DNA of 64,000 bases, taken from assembly GCA_964016885.1 (NCBI GenBank), contig OZ024758.1, positions 39,370,001-39,434,000 of the forward strand. Reading direction: 5' to 3'. Positions 1 to 12,360 of the stretch are shown piece by piece; within the stretch, counting starts at the first letter, position 1, and each line of letters opens with the position of its first letter. A program made the translations under genes and the position numbers. The DNA comes from Eledone cirrhosa (Eukaryota). The notes beneath the pieces are model-generated. The model ran no database searches, was not told the DNA's origin, and saw nothing but the letters and a program-made list of their open reading frames with translations.

Positions 1-179
1 TTCCTTCTGACAGCTAATACCATGAACTTAAATGAATTCTCACCAACAGTGGAGTTCCTTCTGACAGCTAATACCATGAACTTAAATGAATTCTCACCAA
101 CATTGGAGTTACTTCTGACAACTAATACCATGACTTAAATGAATTCTCACCAACAGTGGAGTTAATTCTGACAAACTAA

Positions 180-3100
180 TACCATGAACTTAAATGAATT
201 CTCACCAACAGTGGAGTTACTTCTGACAGCTAATACCATGAACTTAAATGAATTCTCACCAACATTGGAGTGACTTCTGACAGCTAATACCATGAACTTA
301 AATGAATTCTCACCAACATTGGGGTTACTTCTGACAGCTAATACCATGAACTTAAATGAATTCTCACCAACATTGGAGTTACTTCTGACAGCTAGTACCA
401 TGAACTTAAATGAATTCTCACCAACAGTGGAGTTACTTCTGACAGCTAGTACCATGAACTTAAATGAATTCTCACCAACAGTGGAGTTCCTTCTGACAGC
501 TAATACCATGAACTTAAATTAATTCTCAGCAACAGTGGAGTTCCTTCTGACAGCTAATACCATGAACTTAAATGAATTCTCAGCAACAGTGGAGTTCCTT
601 CTGACAGCTAATACCATGAACTTAAATGAATTCTCACCAACATTGGAGTTACTTCTGACAGCTAGTACCATGAACTTAAATGAATTCTCACCAACAGTGG
701 AGTTACTTCTGACAACTAATACCATGAACTTAAATGAATTCTCACCAACAGTGGCGTTCCTTCTGACAGCTAATACCATGAACTTAAATGAATTCTCACC
801 AACAGTGGAGTTACTTCTGACAGCTAGTACCATGACTTAAATGAATTCTCACCAACATTGGAGTTCCTTCTGACAGCTAATACCATGAACTTAAATGAAT
901 TCTCACCAACAGTGGAGTTCCTTCTGACAGCTAATACCATGAACTTAAATGAATTCTCACCAACATTGGAGTTACTTCTGACAACTAATACCATGACTTA
1001 AATGAATTCTCACCAACAGTGGAGTTACTTCTGACAAACTAATACCATGAACTTAAATGAATTCTCACCAACAGTGGAGTTACTTCTGACAGCTAATACC
1101 ATGAACTTAAATGAATTCTCACCAACATTGGAGTGACTTCTGACAGCTAATACCATGAACTTAAATGAATTCTCACCAACATTGGGGTTACTTCTGACAG
1201 CTAATACCATGAACTTAAATGAATTCTCACCAACAGTGGAGTGACTTCTGACAGCTAATACCATGAACTTAAATGAATTCTCACCAACATTGGAGTGACT
1301 TCTGACAGCTAATACCATGAACTTAAATGAATTCTCACCAACAGTGGAGTTACTTCTGACAGCTAGTACCATGAACTTAAATGAATTCTCACCAACAGTG
1401 GCGTTCCTTCTGACAGCTAATACCATGAACTTAAATGAATTCTCACCAACAGTGGAGTTACTTCTGACAGCTAGTACCATGACTTAAATGAATTCTCACC
1501 AACATTGGAGTTCCTTCTGACAGCTAATACCATGAACTTAAATGAATTCTCACCAACAGTGGAGTTCCTTCTGACAGCTAATACCATGAACTTAAATGAA
1601 TTCTCACCAACATTGGAGTTACTTCTGACAACTAATACCATGACTTAAATGAATTCTCACCAACAGTGGAGTTAATTCTGACAAACTAATACCATGAACT
1701 TAAATGAATTCTCACCAACAGTGGAGTTACTTCTGACAGCTAATACCATGAACTTAAATGAATTCTCACCAACATTGGGGTTACTTCTGACAGCTAATAC
1801 CATGAACTTAAATGAATTCTCACCAACAGTGGAGTGACTTCTGACAGCTAATACCATGAACTTAAATGAATTCTCACCAACATTGGAGTGACTTCTGACA
1901 GCTAATACCATGAACTTAAATGAATTCTCACCAACAGTGGAGTTACTTCTGACAGCTAGTACCATGAACCTAAATGAATTCTCACCAACAGTGGAGTTAC
2001 TTCTGACAGCTAATACCATGAACTTAAATGAATTCTCAGCAACAGTGGAGTTCCTTCTGACAGCTAATACCATGAACTTAAATGAATTCTCACCAACATT
2101 GGAGTTACTTCTGACAGCTAGTACCATGAACTTAAATGAATTCTCACCAACAGTGGAGTTACTTCTGACAGCTAGTACCATGAACTTAAATGAATTCTCA
2201 CCAACAGTGGAGTTCCTTCTGACAGCTAATACCATGAACTTAAATTAATTCTCAGCAACAGTGGAGTTCCTTCTGACAGCTAATACCATGAACTTAAATG
2301 AATTCTCACCAACATTGGAGTGACTTCTGACAGCTAATACCATGAACTTAAATGAATTCTCACCAACAGTGGAGTTACTTCTGACAGCTAGTACCATGAA
2401 CCTAAATGAATTCTCACCAACAGTGGAGTTACTTCTGACAGCTAATACCATGAACTTAAATGAATTCTCAGCAACAGTGGAGTTCCTTCTGACAGCTAAT
2501 ACCATGAACTTAAATGAATTCTCACCAACATTGGAGTTACTTCTGACAGCTAGTACCATGAACTTAAATGAATTCTCACCAACAGTGGAGTTACTTCTGA
2601 CAGCTAGTACCATGAACTTAAATGAATTCTCACCAACAGTGGAGTTCCTTCTGACAGCTAATACCATGAACTTAAATGAATTCTCAGCAACAGTGGAGTT
2701 CCTTCTGACAGCTAATACCATGAACTTAAATGAATTCTCACCAACATTGGAGTTACTTCTGACAGCTAGTACCATGAACTTAAATGAATTCTCACCAACA
2801 GTGGAGTTACTTCTGACAGCTAATACCATGAACTTAAATGAATTCTCACCAACAGTGGCGTTCCTTCTGACAGCTAATACCATGAACTTAAATGAATTCT
2901 CACCAACAGTGGAGTTAGTTCTGACAGCTAGTACCATGACTTAAATGAATTCTCACCAACATTGGAGTTCCTTCTGACAGCTAATACCATGAACTTAAAT
3001 GAATTCTCACCAACAGTGGAGTTACTTCTGACAGCTAATACCATGGACTTAAATGAATTCTCACCAACAGTGGAGTGACTTCTGACAGCTAATACCATGA

Positions 3101-6100
3101 ACTTAAATGAATTCTCACCAACATTGGAGTTACTTCTGACAGCTAATACCATGACTTAAATGAATTCTCACCAACAGTGGAGTTACTTCTGACAGCTAAT
3201 ACCATGAACTTAAATGAATTATCACCAACAGTGGAGTTACTTCTGACAGCTAATACCATGAACTTAAATGAATTCTCACCAACATTGGAGTTACTTCTGA
3301 CAGATAGTACCATGACTTAAATGAATTCTCACCAACATTGGAGTTACTTCTGACAGCTAATACCATGACTTAAATGAATTCTCACCAACAGTGGAGTTAC
3401 TTCTGACAGCTAATACCATGAACTTAAATGAATTCTCACCAACAGTGGAGTTACTTCTGACAGCTTGTACCATGAACTTAAATGAATTCTCACCAACAGT
3501 GGAGTTACTTCTGACAGCTAATACCATGAACTTAAATGAATTCTCACCAACAGTGGAGTTACTTCTGACAGCTAATACCATGAACTTAAATGAATTCTCA
3601 CCAACATTGGAGTGACTTCTGACAGCTAATACCATGAACTTAAATGAATTCTCACCAACATTGGGGTTACTTCTGACAGCTAATACCATGAACTTAAATG
3701 AATTCTCACCAACATTGGAGTTACTTCTGACAGCTAGTACCATGAACTTAAATGAATTCTCACCAACAGTGGAGTTACTTCTGACAGCTAGTACCATGAA
3801 CTTAAATGAATTCTCACCAACAGTGGAGTTCCTTCTGACAGCTAATACCATGAACTTAAATTAATTCTCAGCAACAGTGGAGTTCCTTCTGACAGCTAAT
3901 ACCATGAACTTAAATGAATTCTCAGCAACAGTGGAGTTCCTTCTGACAGCTAATACCATGAACTTAAATGAATTCTCACCAACATTGGAGTTACTTCTGA
4001 CAGCTAGTACCATGAACTTAAATGAATTCTCACCAACAGTGGAGTTACTTCTGACAACTAATACCATGAACTTAAATGAATTCTCACCAACAGTGGCGTT
4101 CCTTCTGACAGCTAATACCATGAACTTAAATGAATTCTCACCAACAGTGGAGTTACTTCTGACAGCTAGTACCATGACTTAAATGAATTCTCACCAACAT
4201 TGGAGTTCCTTCTGACAGCTAATACCATGAACTTAAATGAATTCTCACCAACAGTGGAGTTCCTTCTGACAGCTAATACCATGAACTTAAATGAATTCTC
4301 ACCAACATTGGAGTTACTTCTGACAACTAATACCATGACTTAAATGAATTCTCACCAACAGTGGAGTTACTTCTGACAAACTAATACCATGAACTTAAAT
4401 GAATTCTCACCAACAGTGGAGTTACTTCTGACAGCTAATACCATGAACTTAAATGAATTCTCACCAACATTGGAGTGACTTCTGACAGCTAATACCATGA
4501 ACTTAAATGAATTCTCACCAACATTGGGGTTACTTCTGACAGCTAATACCATGAACTTAAATGAATTCTCACCAACAGTGGAGTGACTTCTGACAGCTAA
4601 TACCATGAACTTAAATGAATTCTCACCAACATTGGAGTGACTTCTGACAGCTAATACCATGAACTTAAATGAATTCTCACCAACAGTGGAGTTACTTCTG
4701 ACAGCTAGTACCATGAACTTAAATGAATTCTCACCAACAGTGGCGTTCCTTCTGACAGCTAATACCATGAACTTAAATGAATTCTCACCAACAGTGGAGT
4801 TACTTCTGACAGCTAGTACCATGACTTAAATGAATTCTCACCAACATTGGAGTTCCTTCTGACAGCTAATACCATGAACTTAAATGAATTCTCACCAACA
4901 GTGGAGTTCCTTCTGACAGCTAATACCATGAACTTAAATGAATTCTCACCAACATTGGAGTTACTTCTGACAACTAATACCATGACTTAAATGAATTCTC
5001 ACCAACAGTGGAGTTAATTCTGACAAACTAATACCATGAACTTAAATGAATTCTCACCAACAGTGGAGTTACTTCTGACAGCTAATACCATGAACTTAAA
5101 TGAATTCTCACCAACATTGGGGTTACTTCTGACAGCTAATACCATGAACTTAAATGAATTCTCACCAACAGTGGAGTGACTTCTGACAGCTAATACCATG
5201 AACTTAAATGAATTCTCACCAACATTGGAGTGACTTCTGACAGCTAATACCATGAACTTAAATGAATTCTCACCAACAGTGGAGTTACTTCTGACAGCTA
5301 GTACCATGAACCTAAATGAATTCTCACCAACAGTGGAGTTACTTCTGACAGCTAATACCATGAACTTAAATGAATTCTCAGCAACAGTGGAGTTCCTTCT
5401 GACAGCTAATACCATGAACTTAAATGAATTCTCACCAACATTGGAGTTACTTCTGACAGCTAGTACCATGAACTTAAATGAATTCTCACCAACAGTGGAG
5501 TTACTTCTGACAGCTAGTACCATGAACTTAAATGAATTCTCACCAACAGTGGAGTTCCTTCTGACAGCTAATACCATGAACTTAAATTAATTCTCAGCAA
5601 CAGTGGAGTTCCTTCTGACAGCTAATACCATGAACTTAAATGAATTCTCACCAACATTGGAGTGACTTCTGACAGCTAATACCATGAACTTAAATGAATT
5701 CTCACCAACAGTGGAGTTACTTCTGACAGCTAGTACCATGAACCTAAATGAATTCTCACCAACAGTGGAGTTACTTCTGACAGCTAATACCATGAACTTA
5801 AATGAATTCTCAGCAACAGTGGAGTTCCTTCTGACAGCTAATACCATGAACTTAAATGAATTCTCACCAACATTGGAGTTACTTCTGACAGCTAGTACCA
5901 TGAACTTAAATGAATTCTCACCAACAGTGGAGTTACTTCTGACAGCTAGTACCATGAACTTAAATGAATTCTCACCAACAGTGGAGTTCCTTCTGACAGC
6001 TAATACCATGAACTTAAATGAATTCTCAGCAACAGTGGAGTTCCTTCTGACAGCTAATACCATGAACTTAAATGAATTCTCACCAACATTGGAGTTACTT

Positions 6101-6840
6101 CTGACAGCTAGTACCATGAACTTAAATGAATTCTCACCAACAGTGGAGTTACTTCTGACAGCTAATACCATGAACTTAAATGAATTCTCACCAACAGTGG
6201 CGTTCCTTCTGACAGCTAATACCATGAACTTAAATGAATTCTCACCAACAGTGGAGTTAGTTCTGACAGCTAGTACCATGACTTAAATGAATTCTCACCA
6301 ACATTGGAGTTCCTTCTGACAGCTAATACCATGAACTTAAATGAATTCTCACCAACAGTGGAGTTACTTCTGACAGCTAATACCATGGACTTAAATGAAT
6401 TCTCACCAACAGTGGAGTGACTTCTGACAGCTAATACCATGAACTTAAATGAATTCTCACCAACATTGGAGTTACTTCTGACAGCTAATACCATGACTTA
6501 AATGAATTCTCACCAACAGTGGAGTTACTTCTGACAGCTAATACCATGAACTTAAATGAATTATCACCAACAGTGGAGTTACTTCTGACAGCTAATACCA
6601 TGAACTTAAATGAATTCTCACCAACATTGGAGTTACTTCTGACAGATAGTACCATGACTTAAATGAATTCTCACCAACATTGGAGTTACTTCTGACAGCT
6701 AATACCATGACTTAAATGAATTCTCACCAACAGTGGAGTTACTTCTGACAGCTAATACCATGAACTTAAATGAATTCTCACCAACAGTGGAGTTACTTCT
6801 GACAGCTTGTACCATGAACTTAAATGAATTCTCACCAACA
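180..6840. repeat. Higher-order tandem duplication, period 3342 bp (62 monomers), 2 copies
   Basis: ORFs with identical translations are offset by 3342: 519/3861, 1025/4367, 1672/5014, 2245/5587, 2928/6270. Rare variants recur at the same offset (gttagttc ~2915/6257, catggac ~3042/6384, cagatagt ~3301/6643, cttgtac ~3464/6806). Confidence 0.93.
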
Positions 6841-9229
6841 TTGGAGTTACTTCTGACAGCTAGTACCATGAACTTAAATGAATTCTCACCAACAGTGGAG
6901 TTACTTCTGACAGCTAATACCATGAACTTAAATGAATTCTCACCAACAGTGGAGTTACTTCTGACAGCTAATACCATGAACTTAAATGAATTCTCACCAA
7001 CATTGGAGTTACTTCTGACAGCTAATACCATGACTTAAATGAATTCCCACCAACAGTGGAGTTACTTCTGACAGCTAATACCATGAACTTAAATGAATTC
7101 TCACCAACATTGGAGTTACTTCTGACAGCTAATACCATGACTTAAATGAATTCTCACCAACAGTGGAGTTACTTCTGACAGCTAATACCATGAACTTAAA
7201 TGAATTCTCACCAACATTGGAGTTACTTCTGACAGCTAGTACCATGAACTTAAATGAATTCTCACCAACAGTGGAGTTACTTCTGACAGCTAATACCATG
7301 AACTTAAATGAATTCTCACCAACAGTGGAGTTACTTCTGACAGCTAATACCATGAACTTAAATGAATTCTCACCAACAGTGGAGTTCCTTCTGACAGCTA
7401 ATACCATGAACTTAAATGAATTCTCACCAACATTGGAGTTACTTCTGACAGCTAGTACCATGACTTAAATGAATTCTCACCAACATTGGAGTTACTTCTG
7501 ACAGCTAGTACCATGACTTAAATGAATTCTCACCAACAATGGAGTTACTTCTGACAGCTAATACGACGAATTAAATGAATTCTCACCAACAGTGGAGTTA
7601 CTTCTGACAGCTAATACCATGAACTTAAATGAATTCTCACCAACAGTGGAGTTCCTTCTGACAGCTAATACCATGAATTTAAATGAATTCTCACCAACAT
7701 TGGAGTTACTTCTGACAGCTAGTACCATGAACTTAAATGAATTCTCACCAACAGTGGAGTTACTTCTGACAGCTAATACCATGAACTTAAATGAATTCTC
7801 ACCAACAGTGGCGTTCCTTCTGACAGCTAATACCATGAACTTAAATGAATTCTCACCAACAGTGGAGTTACTTCTGACAGCTAGTACCATGACTTAAATG
7901 AATTCTCACCAACATTGGAGTTCCTTCTGACAGCTAATACCATGAACTTAAATGAATTCTCACCAACAGTGGAGTTCCTTCTGACAGCTAATACCATGAA
8001 CTTAAATGAATTCTCACCAACATTGGAGTTACTTCTGACAACTAATACCATGACTTAAATGAATTCTCACCAACAGTGGAGTTACTTCTGACAAACTAAT
8101 ACCATGAACTTAAATGAATTCTCACCAACAGTGGAGTTACTTCTGACAGCTAATACCATGAACTTAAATGAATTCTCACCAACATTGGAGTGACTTCTGA
8201 CAGCTAATACCATGAACTTAAATGAATTCTCACCAACATTGGGGTTACTTCTGACAGCTAATACCATGAACTTAAATGAATTCTCACCAACAGTGGAGTG
8301 ACTTCTGACAGCTAATACCATGAACTTAAATGAATTCTCACCAACATTGGAGTGACTTCTGACAGCTAATACCATGAACTTAAATGAATTCTCACCAACA
8401 GTGGAGTTACTTCTGACAGCTAGTACCATGAACCTAAATGAATTCTCACCAACAGTGGAGTTACTTCTGACAGCTAATACCATGAACTTAAATGAATTCT
8501 CAGCAACAGTGGAGTTCCTTCTGACAGCTAATACCATGAACTTAAATGAATTCTCACCAACATTGGAGTTACTTCTGACAGCTAGTACCATGCACTTAAA
8601 TGAATTCTCACCAACAGTGGAGTTACTTCTGACAGCTAGTACCATGAACTTAAATGAATTCTCACCAACAGTGGAGTTCCTTCTGACAGCTAATACCATG
8701 AACTTAAATGAATTCTCAGCAACAGTGGAGTTCCTTCTGACAGCTAATACCATGAACTTAAATGAATTCTCACCAACAGTGGAGTTACTTCTGACAGCTA
8801 GTACCATGACTTAAATGAATTCTCACCAACATTGGAGTTCCTTCTGACAGCTAATACCTTGAACTTAAATGAATTCTCACCAACAGTGGAGTTACTTCTG
8901 ACAGCTAATACCATGAACTTAAATGAATTCTCACCAACATTGGAGTTACATCTGACAGCTAGTACAATGACTTAAATGAATTCTCACCAACATTGGAGTT
9001 CCTTCTGACAGCTAATACCATGAACTTAAATGAATTCTCACCAACAGTGGAGTTACTTCTGACAGCTAATACCATGAACTTAAATGAATTCTCACCAACA
9101 GTGGAGTGACTTCTGACAGCTAATACCATGAACTTAAATGAATTCTCACCAACATTGGAGTTACTTCTGACAGCTAATACCATGACAAATGAATTCTCAC
9201 CAACAGTGGAGTGACTTCTGACAGCTAAT

Positions 9230-12200
9230 ACCATGAACTTAAATGAATTCTCACCAACAGTGGAGTTACTTCTGACAGCTAATACCATGAACTTAAATGA
9301 ATTCTCACCAACATTGGAGTTACTTCTGACAGCTAGTACCATGACTTAAATGAATTCTCACCAACATTGGAGTTACTTCTGACAGCTAATACCATGACTT
9401 AAATGAATTCTCACCAACAGTGGAGTTACTTCTGACAGCTAATACCATGAACTTAAATGAATTCTCACCAACAGTGGAGTTACTTCTGACAGCTTGTACC
9501 ATGAACTTAAATGAATTCTCACCAACATTGGAGTTACTTCTGACAACTAATACCATGACTTAAATGAATTCTCACCAACAGTGGAGTTACTTCTGACAAA
9601 CTAATACCATGAACTTAAATGAATTCTCACCAACAGTGGAGTTACTTCTGACAGCTAGTACCATGAACTTAAATGAATTCTCACCAACAGTGGAGTTACT
9701 TCTGACAGCTAATACCATGAACTTAAATGAATTCTCACCAACAGTGGAGTTACTTCTGACAGCTAATACCATGAACTTAAATGAATTCTCACCAACATTG
9801 GAGTTACTTCTGACAGCTAATACCATGACTTAAATGAATTCTCAACAACAGTGGAGTTACTTCTGACAGCTAATACCATGAACTTAAATGAATTCTCACC
9901 AACATTGGAGTTACTTCTGACATCTAGTACCATGAACTTAAATGAATTCTCACCAACAGTGGAGTTTCTTCTGACAGCTAATACCATGAACTTAAATGAA
10001 TTCTCACCAACAGTGGAGTTACTTCTGACAGCTAATACCATGAACTTAAATGAATTCTCACCAACAGTGGAGTTCCTTCTGACAGCTAATACCATGAACT
10101 TAAATGAATTCTCACCAACATTGGAGTTACTTCTGACAGCTAGTACCATGACTTAAATGAATTCTCACCAACATTGGAGTTACTTCTGACAGCTAGTACC
10201 ATGACTTAAATGAATTCTCACCAACAATGGAGTTACTTCTGACAGCTAATACCACGTATTAAATGAATTCTCACCAACAGTGGAGTTACTTCTGACAGCT
10301 AATACCATGAACTTAAATGAATTCTCACCAACAGTGGAGTTCCTTCTGACAGCTAATACCATGAACTTAAATGAATTCTCACCAACATTGGAGTTACTTC
10401 TGACAGCTAGTACCATGAACTTAAATGAATTCTCACCAACAGTGGAGTTACTTCTGACAACTAATACCATGAACTTAAATGAATTCTCACCAACAGTGGC
10501 GTTCCTTCTGACAGCTAATACCATGAACTTAAATGAATTCTCACCAACAGTGGAGTTACTTCTGACAGCTAGTACCATGACTTAAATGAATTCTCACCAA
10601 CATTGGAGTTCCTTCTGACAGCTAATACCATGAACTTAAATGAATTCTCACCAACAGTGGAGTTCCTTCTGACAGCTAATACCATGAACTTAAATGAATT
10701 CTCACCAACATTGGAGTTACTTCTGACAACTAATACCATGACTTAAATGAATTCTCACCAACAGTGGAGTTACTCCTGACAAACTAATACCATGAACTTA
10801 AATGAATTCTCACCAACAGTGGAGTTACTTCTGACAGCTAATACCATGAACTTAAATGAATTCGCACCAACATTGGAGTGACTTCTGACAGCTAATACCA
10901 TGAACTTAAATGAATTCTCACCAACATTGGGGTTACTTCTGACAGCTAATACCATGAACTTAAATGAATTCTCACCAACAGTGGAGTGACTTCTGACAGC
11001 TAATACCATGAACTTAAATGAATTCTCACCAACATTGGAGTGACTTCTGACAGCTAATACCATGAACTTAAATGAATTCTCACCAACAGTGGAGTTACTT
11101 CTGACAGCTAGTACCATGAACCTAAATGAATTCTCACCAACAATGGAGTTACTTCTGACAGCTAATAGCATGAACTTAAATGAATTCTCACCAACAGTGG
11201 AGTTACTTCTGACAGCTAATACCATGAACTTAAATGAATTCTCACCAACAGTGGAGTTACTTCTGACAGCTAATACCATGAACTTAAATGAATTCTCACC
11301 AACATTGGAGTTACTTCTGGCAGCTAGTACCATGACTTAAATGAATTCTCACCAACATTGGAGTTACTTCTGACAGCTAATACCATGACTTAAATGAATT
11401 CTCACCAACAGTGGAGTTACTTCTGACAGCTAATACCATGAACTTAAATGAATTCTCACCAACAGTGGAGTTACTTCTGACAGCTTGTACCATGAACTTA
11501 AATGAATTCTCACCAACATTGGAGTTACTTCTGACAACTAATACCATGACTTAAATGAATTCTCACCAACAGTGGAGTTACTTCTGACAAACTAATACCA
11601 TGAACTTAAATGAATTCTCACCAACAGTGGAGTTACTTCTGACAGCTAGTACCATGAACTTAAATGAATTCTCACCAACAGTGGAGTTACTTCTGACAGC
11701 TAATACCATGAACTTAAATGAATTCTCACCAACAGTGGAGTTACTTCTGACAGCTAATACCATGAACTTAAATGAATTCTCACCAACATTGGAGTTACTT
11801 CTGACAGCTAATACCATGACTTAAATGAATTCTCAACAACAGTGGAGTTACTTCTGACAGCTAATACCATGAACTTAAATGAATTCTCACCAACATTGGA
11901 GTTACTTCTGACAGCTAGTACCATGAACTTAAATGAATTCTCACCAACAGTGGAGTTTCTTCTGACAGCTAATACCATGAACTTAAATGAATTCTCACCA
12001 ACAGTGGAGTTACTTCTGACAGCTAGTACCATGAACTTAAATGAATTCTCACCAACAGTGGAGTTCCTTCTGACAGCTAATACCATGAACTTAAATGAAT
12101 TCTCACCAACATTGGAGTTACTTCTGACAGCTAGTACCATGACTTAAATGAATTCTCACCAACATTGGAGTTACTTCTGACAGCTAGTACCATGACTTAA

Positions 12201-12360
12201 ATGAATTCTCACCAACAATGGAGTTACTTCTGACAGCTAATACCACGTATTAAATGAATTCTCACCAACAGTGGAGTTACTTCTGACAGCTAATACCATG
12301 AACTTAAATGAATTCTCACCAACAGTGGAGTTCCTTCTGACAGCTAATACCATGAACTTA
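9230..12360. repeat. Partial higher-order duplication, offset 1991 bp (37 monomers)
   Basis: ORF starts pair as 9587/11578, 9817/11808 and 10246/12237. Shared rare variants: ctcaacaac (~9841/11832), gagtttctt (~9962/11953) and cttgtac (~9493/11484). Confidence 0.8.

Noticed and set aside
2342-2944. Plus-strand ORFs of MNLNEFSPTVELLLTANT repeats
   Set aside because: This is the same artefact. The very common GAGTGA allele creates an in-frame TGA, and the ATGACTTAA deletion terminates the frame every few monomers, which is incompatible with purifying selection on a protein.
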